A stretch of DNA of 64,000 nucleotides from Takakia lepidozioides. Its lineage: Eukaryota; Plantae; Bryophyta. The translations under genes and the position numbers were made by a program. Of the stretch, positions 26,911-39,786 are shown in pieces (the stretch's first letter is position 1; each line of letters begins with the position of its first letter). The notes beneath the pieces are model-generated. The model saw only the letters and a list, made by a program, of their open reading frames with translations, had not been told where the DNA came from and searched no databases. Location: contig CM060732.1 in NCBI GenBank assembly GCA_030704615.1, positions 38,688,001-38,752,000 on the forward strand, written 5' to 3'.

Positions 26911-27058
26911 TTAAATCAAAGTCCAAACTATTTGAATATCCACCCAATTGCAAATAAAGATGAAAAAGATATCGATATAAACACATTGATAATCCAAATC
27001 CAAATCTGCTTGTTGTAAATGAGCCACAATCATTACACCGGTCAAACGAATCTTGAAA

Positions 27059-30000
27059 GGCCACGAACATCAGTCATATCACTGGTTCCTCTGGAAGTTT
27101 AATATCCAAGCCTAAGAAGATGGCTGAAGAAGCAACATCTTTCTTCGCTGCTTTGTTCTCCAGGCCTCAAAACAGTGACACGGAAGAGTCCAGGACGGAG
27201 GTACTCAGCTCCTTCCCATCTCTTCTGTCTGCGGCACACCAGATTGCTCTATCCAAGCCCTTACACGGTTTGGAGCTGCTCCAATCTCTAAGCTCATGAA
27301 GACTCCGGGGCTTGATGGGCTCCCCGTGGAGTTCTTCAAAGAAATGTGGGCTGCGTTTGGGGAAGACTTCCTAAAGATGGCCAACAACATCCTCCATAAA
27401 GGGAACATGCCCTCTCAGCTCTCGCAAGGCGTAATTACCCTTATCTACAAAAAAAGAAATCGTGCTGATCTATCCAACTACACCGATCACCTTGCTGAAT
27501 TCCACTTACAAAATCTTGGCGAAAGCCCTTGCCTTGCGGCTGCAACCCCTGCTGTCCAAACTCGTAAGACCTGAGCAATCAGGCTTTTTCAAGAACAGGA
27601 TGATCTTGGATAACATCTTGCTCACTAACGAGGCCCTGCATATGGCGGAGTGCTCAACAACCCCTGGCCCTGATCATGCTTGACTTTCAGAAAGCTTTTG
27701 ACAACATCAATTGGAAATACTTGATGGGAGCCCTGGAAGCTACTGGTATCGTGGGTAACTTTCTGTCATGGATCCGGATTCTTCTCTCTTCAGCTTCTAG
27801 TAGAGTCATGATAAATGGGACAATTCTAAATCATTTCCTCTTTTTAAATCAGTCAGGCAAGGCTGTCCCTTAGCCCCAATCCTTTTTTTGATCGTTGCCG
27901 ATGGTCTAGGTCACCTAATGGATAGAAGGAACGATTTACTCTACTGGCCTGATTATCCCACATTCCCCTTCTTTAGATCCCTCCTCTTCCATTAGATCTT
28001 CTCTATATGCCGATGACAATACTCTTTACATTGACAACAGTTCTGCCACTAATTGACAATTCTACTCTCAGCTCGCTGAAATGCTTCTGTGTAGCGTCTG
28101 GCTTGAAGATCAATTGGGATAAATCTGTAGGGTTGTTGAGCATCCTTCCAGAGGGTTCTTCTTCATCTCACTGTAATCCTGGGGGGGGGAAGATTTGGGG
28201 CGTAAATGGCTGAGTGAGGGGCAAATGCACGAGTGCTTAGGGCACCAGATTGGCCACGGTCTCACGGACGACAGTCGTTTTGCTTCAGTGCTCTCCAGAA
28301 TCAAATGTAAACTTTCATATTGAAGTTCTCTGCATTTGACAGTTTGGGGCAGAGCTTTGGTTGCCAACCAGATCATCCTGGCCTCATCATGGTTCTCGGC
28401 CTCGGTTTGGTCTCCCGGAGCTCCTTTCATCAAAAAGCTCAAAGCTATGGTTCGAAACTTTGTCTGGGGAGCTACTTCATCTTCCTCAAACAAAAGGGCT
28501 CTGGTTAGCTGGGCGCAAATCTGTCAATAGAGGAAATATGGTGGACTTGGTGTGCTAGACCCTCAATCCCAGATTGTTGCATTACTGGCTAAATGGGTGC
28601 CTAGGGTTTTCACTCACCTGCAGAGTCCCTGGAGTAAGATTGTAAGACACCACGTTGCTGCGACAATTCCAAAAACCAGCACCTTATGGCCCTCTTCCCT
28701 GAAATGGATTATGCACGGCGGAACTTCAAATGTTCAACCTGATGTTGGATCCAAGGCTTGGCAGACCATCTGGTATGTCTGGTGTAAGCTCAGGGGCTTC
28801 CTTGTTCAAATGATGCCAGCCTCTTTTGATGAAGTGTTAAGACAACCAATGTTTGGCAACTTCAATCGGGACTTAGAATCTCTCATCATTTGTTCTAAAA
28901 GATGGTATTTGTGGGAACATGCGGGTTTATCTCACCTTCTGCATTTCTGGAATGTAGAGGCAGGCTCCCCTATCTCCCCGCAAGAAGCTGCAGTGGGTTT
29001 CTCCTCCAGAAGAGTGATCTCTGGATGGCGCACTATCATGGGTTCTCTCCCCAAAAGATGGATGCAATTGCTCTTCAACAGGCAAAATGCATCGCTGCCT
29101 AGATGGATTTATTTTGGGAGAATCGAAGGTCTTATACGCTTTGGACTCAGACTCAGACCACTGACAAGGGCATTTCCTTCACAGTGCAAGGACCTGGTAT
29201 CTTGACCTGCCCCCAAGAAACTCGGTTTCCTATAGCTGTTGACTGGTATGATATCAGGGTGGTTTGTTCCTCCTCTGGTAAAACAAACCCTTCCCCTCCT
29301 TTTGAGCTTCAGCATTATGATAACTCATTCTTCTGATTCCTTTCTGCTCCGGTGAGAGCTCTCCAATTCGATCCTGGAGAATGGATATGGATGACCAAAA
29401 AGCATGATCATTTCTTTTCTTATACGGTGAAGATGGTTTATTCTTTGCTGGTGCCAAAACAAACATTTGACAGGAAATGGTCCAATAAATGGGCTCATGT
29501 CTTCAGAAACCCAATTCCGTGGAAGCTGGTTTGGGCAGATGCTTGGAAGAAGCACAGGCCTGCCAAGATTTCTTCTTTTCTTTGGAGAGTTGCGAATAGA
29601 ATTCTTCCTGTTGGAAGTAATATCTCTGACCCCCCTTCTCAGTGCCTTATCTGCAGTATGAACTCTCCAGAGGATCTGGAGCACTGCCTTATTACTTGCC
29701 CCTTTGCGGCGGCTGTTTGGACCCATGCCACCTCCCTTTATGCCTTTTGGAACAAGAATCTGAGCTACTCTACCTCTGCTCTCCTTGATGGGGGCGTGTT
29801 CTGTTCCTGTCCTTTTTGGGAGTCCCTTAGAGGCTCGGTTCTTTGGCATATATGGAAGATGATTGTGCTAATGTGTTTGAGAGAGCATTGCCATGTTTGC
29901 AAAAGGTTTTGTACTTAGTTCACTCAGACTTGAAGTCTGAAGCTCGTAAGTCTTGGTGCCTTCTTGTGACAGCTATTGGTAGGTGTGGAGACAGGAGACG

Positions 30001-30772
30001 GGCTGAGCTCCTTGCAAACTTCGACAGCTCCTGGGGCAAAGATGGGTTCTTTTGCAGGAGAATTGACGAGTCCCGCATTGTGTGGTTCGAGGAAATCCCC
30101 TCCTGCTGGCGGCTCAGTCAGCTCTAAGGTTTCTCCTTTGGGAGTGGAAGCTGATGTCAACTGGAGGCACAAGAGAAGTAGTCTTCGTAAAGGAAAATCG
30201 AAGACCCAACCCTCTTTCGAGGCCCCTAAGAGGAAGAGGGGCAGCATCTAGTGGATTTGCAGTCTTACTTTTGTCTGATGGTTCTCTGTTGTTAAGTATG
30301 TCGGACAGATCGGCGTACCTTTGCAGATGAGCCTCCGCTTGTTCCCTCTTTCTGGATTCTGGCTGCTATGCACTCCTGTTGGTGCCTTGCATTGCTTGCC
30401 TAGAATTGTTTGCTTTTTTCTCCCTGTGTTCTGCAGGTTTTTTAGGTGGGTTAGGCAGTGGTTACACTACTCTGCTTTGCCTTGGTCTCTGTTAAAATGG
30501 CTAGCTTTAAGCAGCAGTGATTTTGCTGTTTGGTTACACCTCTTCCCTACTGTTAGCAGGTTGAGCTAGTGCTGGCAATAGTGATGGCTATTCTAGTTAT
30601 GCACTGCTTTCCTTTCCAAGCAGTTCTCTTAGGTACTACTGTAAGGCAAAAAGCTGCGCAGGTTTGCCTTCTCATTCTTTTCTTTCCTTCTTTCTCTCTA
30701 GGTTACTGGTTTGGAGTGGAACCTCATTAATCTGCCTTATGGCCCCTGGAAGGTTATTTTTTCCTTACCTTA
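27059..30772 (+). mobile_element. 5'-truncated L1-like LINE (RT + zf-RVT), frameshifted
   Basis: Motifs KTPGLDGLPVEFFK, ITLLNSTYKILAKAL, LDFQKAFD, VRQGCPLAP, YADD, SGLKINWDKS and CLIC..EDLEHCLITCP. No endonuclease domain. Confidence 0.9.
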
Positions 30773-32519
30773 TTCTAGCGACGACCGAAGGTCGGAAGCT
30801 AGTTTAGCGTAGAGCAGATGTAGGGTGCCATAGTGCCACATCATCGTAGCCACGTCATCGTCGTCGTTAATTTCTTTGGAACCTGCCCGAAATGCCCGAA
30901 AAGCAGCGAGGGGAAGGGATGAACGATGCCCCAGCCTTGAGCGGGGGTGTTCACACAAGAGATTAAGGGTCAGCTCTGGAGCTGAAAGCCGCATCTCCTT
31001 TGGCAACAACCAAGGGACCGAGTTCCTTGCAAGTGGTGACTGTGGCGCATCCCAGGTCTTCACCGGCGCTTACACAAGGTAATAAAAACTCTTTTCCTCT
31101 TCTTTGGGTCGCTGGGTTTTGGGCATCGATAGGATTAAGTCTCGGAATCGTCCTTCACATATAGTAGAAGGTACCTCTATCTTGTTCGAAAAAGCACACA
31201 GAATGCCGTACGAGTATAGAGGAATCTGTGTACAATCGACACCCTGGCCCTCTTGAGACGTCTGGCATAGTTGTGTGTGTGTGCATCCATTGCCTGAGAG
31301 GATAAAAGACAGAATCATAGAAAGAAGATTATGATGGCCACAGGCGAAGATGAGAGGGAGGGGGATGTTTGCATGAGCTTCCGGCCACATCTCTATGGTA
31401 CACTCGATTGCCGCCCTAAAACTTGAATCAAAGAATAGCCTTGACTTTAGGGCATATTTTTATGTTCTGAGTTGGGATTCTCCAGATAGAGCCCAGAGTA
31501 ACTTGCAAAACTGTTGACAACAGCTGCATGCACTCCTCAAGAGATAACAGAGACAGCTGGCAAAGTTTTGAGGTTATTGAAGTTTGTGGCTCTCAGGTCA
31601 ACAACCATGGAGCATAGAAGACCCAGTGGCAGAAGCTCTTTGAAGATCCTTCACAATGGTGCAACAACAGGCTTGATAAGGTGCACTTTCTTCATGCGGC
31701 AGAAAAGTTTGTGGTGGAACCGACTTTGGTATGACATGATGATAGTCCCTAGTTGTGGAGTTTAGGTAGATTTCTGGTTGTTCTGCAAAAGATGCTCTTA
31801 CTGTTGGTATCGGAGATTATTGTCTTAAGGTTTGTCCCTTGCTGTCTGCAAGCTGGGGGGTTGATGCCTGCGGATTGGTCTTAGGAAGTTATGATTAAAA
31901 GAATGGCGGCCGAGGTGCACCCTGGTGGTTTTCACAGGGAGATCCTAGCTCAGACTACAGATACAACAAGCACACTCAAGGGGTCCTTTGGTTGGAGGAG
32001 TGGTTCAATCCCCCTTGTGTGGAACAAAAAGTAGTCGCCATGACACAGGGCCAAGTACAACCCGGTGAGCGTATTTTCCTTCTCTTGGATCTGGTGAAGG
32101 TGTATTGCAACATTACGTCATTTCATCATCAATCAGCTAATCACGTGATAGCTGTTTTCTGGGTTTTTGTGTCTCTGGACTTCTACCCTCTTGCTTGCTT
32201 TTGGTCCGCATGGGGTTAGCTAGAATGAGTTGTATACAGTACATCTCTGTTCTGTCAGTTGGCTTGTCTGGTGGATCTCTGGTGTGTACAAGTGTGTGAC
32301 ATGTTGCTGCAATTGTGTGGCAGGCAAATGTCCACAAACCCAAAATACAGAGGTGGAGAAGTTTTGGATGGACAATTTAGCAAACCCCAGTGAACCGTGG
32401 GATTATAATCGAGGTAATAAGGTGAGTGCCTGTTAGGTTGCAGCTGGAGCTGCTGGCAAAATGGATTGAAAACTCTAGCTACGGGATAGCACCCATTATC
32501 TCTCTCTCTCTCTCTTTTG

Positions 32520-32745
32520 GGGTCTAGTTATTGGGCAAATCACACACAGCAGATTGATGTTCGTGTGAAGGGATTTCTAGAGGATATCTGGAAAACTCGG
32601 ATCAACTGTCTGTTTTAAGGTAAGTCATACTACCAGCATCACCCCCTGACAAAAATAGTTTCTGTCCCTTTGTGTTCCGCTCAAACTGGGCGCGGGGTCA
32701 ATGGCCACAAGGCTATGGCAAACAATGTCTTATGAGTACATTCTC
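32520..32745 (+). mobile_element. 3'-end fragment of the LINE at 35150-36110
   Basis: Near-identical to 35890-36110; both end in ATGTCTTATGAGTACATTCT. Confidence 0.8.
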
Positions 32746-34700
32746 TCTTTAATCTTGGGTAGAAAATTTCAGGTGGAATAGAGTGATTTCCTATGGATGT
32801 CCTGAAACTGACAAGTACACACTTCTTGCAAACTGCATTCCCTCGCTAGGGCCTTGTATATGCCCATGTGCTGGTTTGAATTTAGGGTTTCAGAACCCTT
32901 ACCCTGCAATTTAGTACTCATTTACAAAAGTTGTTTGAGTACAAATGGCGGCTACCTGAAACTACAGGCAAAGGGTCGGGCACACGCCTCACCGAGCTTT
33001 GCCTTCAAGGGATTTTCAACAGGGCTGCGGCCAGCAAGGGTTATGCACAACCTTGCCTTCATTGTGTTGGTCGAGCTCCCTAAGCAGTTATAGGGAAGCC
33101 ATGGCTCATTCGTTGACACAACAGGAAGTTACACTGAGCCCTTACATGTGCTTTGCAATACTTGTGAACGGCAATAGCAATCGTGAAGACCTGCTACTCA
33201 CCTTGCGCATCCTCAGTAACACGCATTCTATTGGATGTGGTGGTAATTGGGACGGGCGCAGGTGAGGGTCCTTCACCTTTTGTGGGTCTATAAGCTATAT
33301 GTGTACGTTTTGCTACAGAGTATATTGGATAGATGATGGAAATCGCCTATCGCATGAGGCAGCCACTGCCTAGGATGAATGGTGCAACACTTGATGGCAG
33401 CCTCATGTTTCTATGAGGGAAGTATTTTACAGAAGCAATCTACCCTTGGGATCCGATACCAGAGGGTTGTGAAGACCCGTCTTGACTTGGATCAATATCA
33501 GTTTGCAGCCCAGCTGAGTGGTTTCATTTTGAATATCGTGCTTGTTTTGTCTTAAGACATGGTACCCCCCAATGCTCAGACATTTACTGTGGGCAGAGAT
33601 CTCTATTTTAAGGCCAAGGCTGACACTGACCTACAGTCCACATGCTAAAAAGCACAATTTTTGGTTTTCTGGAAATCCCAGTACAGTGAATATGAATAAT
33701 GTTCAGTATGATGTCTGTCGCTATGAAGAACGGTGGGTTTTTGAAGGGTTTCTAACAAACCCCACCTCCCACCCCAATCACCCAGAAGTGTGAAACAAAT
33801 CAAGAGCAAGACTGGTTTAGGAGAAGGGTGATGGAGCCTTGCAATGCAAGGCTGTTTTGTCCTGGTTTTTTTAAAAAAACTTTCTGATATGGTCAAGTCC
33901 TGACAGATCCTTCTTGTTGTGACAATACAAGCCCTTATCTCTCCCTCTCTAATACTTTTGAAAGCAGTAAGTTGCTTATATTCCTTAGGAGAAATTTGAT
34001 AGTCTTTTCTGGATTATCCTTTCTTATGCTTTTGTGCCTTCCACTATCTGCTTCTACTACAGACATGGTCTGCAAAGACAAAGGAGAAAGGTACTCCCTA
34101 ATGAACCAGCATGACATTGATGGCGAACCAATCTTTGCCATCTTGTGCTAGGCCTGTAGCAGCAGCATACTGGAGCATGTGTGTACACCTTCTACATGAT
34201 CCAGTAAATGTACATTGATCTTCTGGCTGGTCTACTGTAGCTGATGCTTTGGTCAGAATTAGGAAACCTGAAAACGAGAACAAAGTTAGTACCAATCACT
34301 TGACTCTTGATTAGGTCGAGTCAATGGCACTCCTTACTTCCAGCCACTTGACTCTAAGAATTCGAATTAGTGGTAATGTTCTATCAGCTGCTAATATGCA
34401 CTATATGAACAATGGAGGTATGACAGAGACAGTACTTCTATCGCAATCTTCTAATTGAGAGAGGCATCTGGAATTTCTTCTTGGCTTTATCATTCTGTGG
34501 TACCAGTGGTGTTGGCTCCAGCTTTGCTGAAGATATTGTAGCCTCTTTCTACTGAAACACTTCAGGTGGTGGTGGCTAAGTGATCTACTCCTGTGACTCC
34601 CTTGCATGATTGTACCCCAAGTGGGGTTTGTGATCTGATATTGGACATTATGCTTACTGGTTCATTTGGGAAAGCTACAGCACGCAAGAGGGCCTGCCAT

Positions 34701-35073
34701 TCAGGAAAGAATATCAGCGGGTTGCCCTCTCCGGGGATCTAACCTGTACTCTGAGTTTTTTCCAATATGCTAGGTTAGTGAACCTGAATTGTCCAAGTTC
34801 TGAGCTCTTTGATCAAGTTTCCTGCAAACCATAAGCGTGGTAAGTTTGCAATGACTTGCTTGAAAACAAAATGGAATACTACCTATGAGAGGACTTCAGG
34901 AAAGAATATCAGTGGGTTGCCCTCTCTGGGGATCTAACCTGTACTCTGAGCTTTTTCCAATATGCTAGGTCCAGAACCTAAGTTGTTCAAGTTCTGAGCT
35001 CTTTGATCAAGTTTCCTGCAAACCATAAGCATGGTAAGTTTGCAATGACTTGCTTGAAAACTAAATGCAATAC
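34701..35073 (+). repeat. Two-copy direct tandem duplication, period about 195 bp
   Basis: TCAGGAAAGAATATCAG...GACTTGCTTGAAAAC starts at 34701 and again at 34896. Confidence 0.9.
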
Positions 35074-35149
35074 AACCATTCTTGACATAACAGCTATTCG
35101 CATTACACAGCTATCTCCTACCCTCTACCATGGAGCAGTATAACAGTTC

Positions 35150-36110
35150 ATGAAAAACCATGAACCATTCTGCCTATCTCTGTCCATCCTTTGTCGTGTT
35201 ATTATACCTGCCTTGGAGTATGCATCTGCAATATGGGTTGATAACTCCAACCAGGCTAAGTCTCTAGAATCCCTTCAAGTGGGGGTGCTTAAGGAGTGCA
35301 TGTCAGCATGCTCCAAAACAGCCAATGTGGCTGTTCGGGGTGAGTTTGGCATCCCTTCTTTAAGCTCCCGACGAGATGACTTAAAGGTCAGATGGTGGGG
35401 TCAGTTGCAACATATGTCCAACATCAGATATCCTCGAGGATCTGAATCTCAATCCGCAAGTCTTGACCCTGCTGGATAAATCTGACTTAAGAGGCTGTAG
35501 TGTCCAAAGTCATGTCTGTTGCCAGGAAATTGTCTGATGAAAATGAAGTTAGGCAGAAAGCTTCCCTGAACCTGTTTCCAGTCTGTGACATGGGAGAGGC
35601 CATCATGGATGACCTCAATGTTTTACCCACCTTTGGCACTAGACTGAAATTTAAACTCAGGGCGGGAAGCCTACCTTTGAACATCAAACAGAGACAGAAA
35701 GGAAAGAGGGATTGCAATTGCCCGTTGTGTGGGGAACCTGAAGACAATATTCATTTTCTGATTCATTGTCCTGGGTACTCTCACAAGAGAGACGCCCTCT
35801 TCAAATCCATCAAGGGAAGTGTGCCTGAACCTCTGCTTACCAACTTTGACAGTCTTGAGGCTGAGCCAAAAGCCCAGGCCCCTTTTGGGGCCTAGTTTTT
35901 GGGCAAACCACACACAGCAGATTGATGCTTGTGTGAAGGGATTTCTAGAGGATATCTGGAAAACTCGGATTAATTGTCTGTTCCAAGGTAAGTCATACTA
36001 CCGGCGTCAGCCCCTGACAAAGGTAGTTTCTGTCCCTTGTGTTCCGCTCAAACTGAGCGCGGGGTCAATGGCCACAAGGGTACGGCAAACAATGTCTTAT
36101 GAGTACATTC
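35150..36110 (+). mobile_element. 5'-truncated non-LTR retrotransposon (RTE/RTEX-like 3' end)
   Basis: IIPALEYASAIW...AVRGEFGIPSLSSRR, LKFKLRAGSLPL and the CCHC knuckle CPLC-GEPEDNIHFLIHCP. Confidence 0.8.
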
Positions 36111-36817
36111 TGTGGCAAATCTAAGATGGGAGGGAAACCTGTATTTGATCATATACAAGCACACCATCACCCACCCCAATCACCTCTATGGCTATGTAGT
36201 CTGGAATAGACAGTTCCTTTCTTGTCAAGACAAGACAAGCCCTATCTCTCTCTCTCTCTCTCTCTCGGTCTTTTTGCCCTTTCTCAAAACTGTGACTGTC
36301 AGTGCTTACTCACATGTAGCACATATGTTGCAAGACAGATGGCTGGATCACACTTATTGAGGACAATGCCGTCGCGTGATTAGCACTCAATTTGCTGTAG
36401 TTATGGTGAAATGTGGAAATTCTGGTCGTCTCAAATACCCCGAGTCATTTGCAACCCCCTTGCTTTCAAGTGAGACCTTATCCAGTGGGGAGTGAGCATG
36501 GAGATGACCCCTCCCAACAGTCAATTTGCACATTCTCCCCCTATTTTGCACTCCAGTATGAAGTGCAACTGGCAGTGTGAGCACAGCCACATGAGTCAGG
36601 TCAGTTGGGTGGCTGATCTAAATCTCTCAAAAGAATTTAATGCTTGCCAGTATGATGCGAGTACAAGCCTTTCAATCAATGCTTAATCTCCTGTAATTTG
36701 GATCCTTTTGTCAGCTGTGCTTGAAGCAGTATGACTATTTTGGTGGCTACACAGCGAGGGGATTATCTAAATATTTATGTTGTTGAGGCAGATAGCTGAA
36801 CAGGGGAGGGACGGAGT

Positions 36818-38431
36818 GTGGGTGCAGAAGGTCGAAGAGTACTGGATTTCAGCCACAAAAGTACCAACGAGGCACTGTGGATTGATAGTCACAAACTACC
36901 AGGGTGTGTAGATGCTCAACTGGAAGAAGCAGCACAGTTGTTTGAATCAGGCACCTCCACTACAGCTTTTGAAGGAGGACCAAGAGGGGGAATCCACAAG
37001 AAGTCTTCAGGCACTTGTGGGCATGTCAAGGCACTCTGTAAGGCAGGGCACCTGAAAGAGGCGCTGCACTTTATATACCAAGGAGACATTTCGGTAGACT
37101 CCAATACTTATGTCTGCCTTTTGCAAGAGTGCGCTAAGCTCAAAGGCCTAGCAGAGGGAAAGCAGGTGCACACTCACATCATCCAACGGGGATTCAAGCC
37201 AAACATTTTTCTATACAACACCCTCATCAACATGTATGCCAAGTGTGGGAGTGTAATGGATGCACACCTAGTGTTTGACAAAATGCTGGAACGAGATGTG
37301 TTTTCATGGAGTATAATGATGGCAGGATATGCCAACCATGGGTGTGGATGGGAGACCCTCAAGATCTATGAGCAAATGATCCAGGAAGGGGTGATGCCTG
37401 ACCAGGTTACTTTTGTTTGTGTTCTGAAGGCATGCGCCAGCCTGGCAGCTCTTGAAAAGGGCAAAGAGGTCCACACTAAAATCATCAAAGTTGGAATTGA
37501 GCCTAACACCATCCTGCAGACTGCTCTCATTAACATGTATGCCAAATGTGGGAGTGTAAAGGATGCACGTGAATTGTTTGACAATATGATTCAGCGAGAT
37601 ATAATTTCATGGAATGCAATGATTGCAGGATATGCTCAGCATGGCTGTAGTAGGGAGGCTCTGCAACTATTTGAACAAATGAGACAAGAAGGCTTGAAGC
37701 CGAACGTGGCCTCATGGAGTGCAATGATTGCAGGATATGCTCAGCGTGGTTGTGGTAGGGAAGCTTTGGAGACTTATGAGCAAATGATACGGGAGGGAGT
37801 GAAGCCCAACCAGGTAACATTTGTTTGCATTCTCAAGGCATGTGCCCGACTTGCTGCCCTGGAGAAGGGCAAAGAGGTCCATGCTGACATCATGAAGATG
37901 GGGTTTGTACCAAATATCATCCTGGAGAACACCCTTGTCGATATGTATGCCAAATGCGGGAGTGGAAAGGATGCGCGCCTTGTGTTCAACAATATGGCTG
38001 AACGAAATATTGTGTCATGGAATGCAATGATCGCAGGATATGGTCAGCATGGGTTTGGTATAGAGGCCCTGCAACTATTTGAGCGAATGCAACAGGAAGG
38101 GTTGAAACCAGATGGTATCACCTTCTTATGTCTCCTCTCTGCGTGTAGCCGTCTGGGTCTAGTGGATGAAGGCTGTCACTACTTCGCTTCCATGAGTCAA
38201 GATCATGGCCTTCCTCCTGCAGTGGAGCATTTTGGCTGCATGGTGGACCTTCTTGGCCGTGCAGGGCGATTGGATGAGGCAGAGCACATCATTAACAAAA
38301 TGCCAATTGAACCAGCTGCAGCGGTGTGGCGGGCCTTGCTTGGTGCATGCAGAATTCATGGCAATATGGAGGTGGCAGAGCATGCTGGAAAATGCCTCCT
38401 CAAGTGTGTTCCTCAGGGCACTGCAACATAG
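36818..38431 (+). CDS. PLS-class pentatricopeptide repeat protein with E1 motif (organellar RNA-editing factor type), PPR locus 2; true start uncertain
   Basis: Uninterrupted 537-codon ORF with 12 motifs (L1-S1-P1-L1-S1-P-P1-L1-S1-P2-L2-S2), then E1 (AAVWRALLGACRIHG). The ORF opens at GTG, with no in-frame ATG before the first S motif. Confidence 0.9.
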   Translation: MGAEGRRVLDFSHKSTNEALWIDSHKLPGCVDAQLEEAAQLFESGTSTTAFEGGPRGGIHKKSSGTCGHVKALCKAGHLKEALHFIYQGDISVDSNTYVCLLQECAKLKGLAEGKQVHTHIIQRGFKPNIFLYNTLINMYAKCGSVMDAHLVFDKMLERDVFSWSIMMAGYANHGCGWETLKIYEQMIQEGVMPDQVTFVCVLKACASLAALEKGKEVHTKIIKVGIEPNTILQTALINMYAKCGSVKDARELFDNMIQRDIISWNAMIAGYAQHGCSREALQLFEQMRQEGLKPNVASWSAMIAGYAQRGCGREALETYEQMIREGVKPNQVTFVCILKACARLAALEKGKEVHADIMKMGFVPNIILENTLVDMYAKCGSGKDARLVFNNMAERNIVSWNAMIAGYGQHGFGIEALQLFERMQQEGLKPDGITFLCLLSACSRLGLVDEGCHYFASMSQDHGLPPAVEHFGCMVDLLGRAGRLDEAEHIINKMPIEPAAAVWRALLGACRIHGNMEVAEHAGKCLLKCVPQGTAT

Positions 38432-38838
38432 TTGTTACTATTGTTTGCATCTATGCTGTGGCACTGCAAGGGGAGAATGAAAGACAGGTGTCAGAAAGGA
38501 GCTAGTTCGGTGCTGCATTGAGAGGGACATCCGGATGCATACATTATTTTTAACCTATAATTGCATCTGCAACTTTTTGAGCTCCATGCCGAGCTGAAGA
38601 GGTTGTCTGGACAGATGAAGGGCGTGATACGACCTTATGGTTGCATGATGTGAAGAGAGCATAAAGAATTTTTGGTGTGTCACTGCACAGTTAGATGCTG
38701 GGGATTGCTTTTGGGCTGAATGCCATACTTTTTGGGATACCCAGTGTGTCTTAAACCTTACGAGTATGTGGTGACTGCCACTGGGTCAATGTTCATCTCG
38801 AAGATTGTATAGAAATGTTGTTGGGGATGTCAACCGGT
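38432..38838 (+). pseudogene. Decayed E2-DYW deaminase region behind PPR locus 2
   Basis: Out-of-frame remnants GVRKE, ELHAELKRLSGQMK, LHDV, GIAFGL, LRVCGDCH (about 38758-38781), FISKIV and GDVNR. Confidence 0.85.
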
Positions 38839-39419
38839 GAAAGCCGGCCATCATGTTGAGGTATAAAACCCCATATTCACAGGAATGAAAGGGCTGAGAA
38901 AAGGGAGTAGAAGACATGAAGTCTCTGCCACATGCACGCCTTGTAAAGCTAAGGATATATATCTTTCAGCATCCTATTTCCCCAAAGTCTGTTAACCACC
39001 TATCCAAGTATGACTATCTACGGGCAGAGGTAGAAAACGAGCATAAAATAACATTAAAATATTCAGGACTACATATTCCTCTTGAGGAAAGTTTGTGGAG
39101 TTGCAATTAGCAACTCCAATTACTTGCATGTATTTTTTTCTAATGAGATTCTATAGTAATTAGAGTAAATCTAATGAGCTTTGGCGATTGGACAAATCAT
39201 ATCTCTTGCATGTGACGGCCTTGGCATAGTCTTTATCCTCGTGCTATGAGGAGTCGGAGCTTGATGATATTTCCGAGGCACCTTCGGATGTTGAAATAAT
39301 TCAGATGCCACAAACATTTTGGGGAGGATTGTTGGCGCAATTTGGTAGGACAACATTGTAAAGGCCGCCAATGCCATTTCCACAAATCCAAAGTTTAAGA
39401 TGAAGTCAATTTAAGAGCC

Positions 39420-39660
39420 CAATATTTTTGAGGGCGTTTGAAATTGGAAGGCGCTGAATATTTGGCTTTTGAGGTTGGAGCAGTACTTTGGAGCGACCAA
39501 ATTGAATGATGAGGACCGAGTGAAAGTGGATGCCATTAATTTGAGGGTTATGCTAAACAATGGTGGCAAAAATGCCTTTAGGATCGGGGATCAACCACAC
39601 GAGCAAGAATGGGTTCAAGGAACTCATGAAGAAGCAGTTTGTGGTGCTCAATCCTAAATT
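39420..39660 (+). mobile_element. Ty3/gypsy gag remnant
   Basis: IWLLRLEQYFGATKLNDEDRVKV, AKQWWQ and FKELMKKQFV in shifting frames. Confidence 0.6.
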
Positions 39661-39786
39661 GTTCAATGGAGTGAACAACTACATTGTCTATTATTATACA
39701 TTGCAACCAATATCTTGTACGAGAACTCAAATCTATAGATGATGTTGAACCTGTACAAATAGGACAAGTCTGTAGACCAAAAAATG

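Noticed and set aside
33930-34620. Possible gene fragment on the minus strand
   Set aside because: Short stop-interrupted frames with no family I can recognise.
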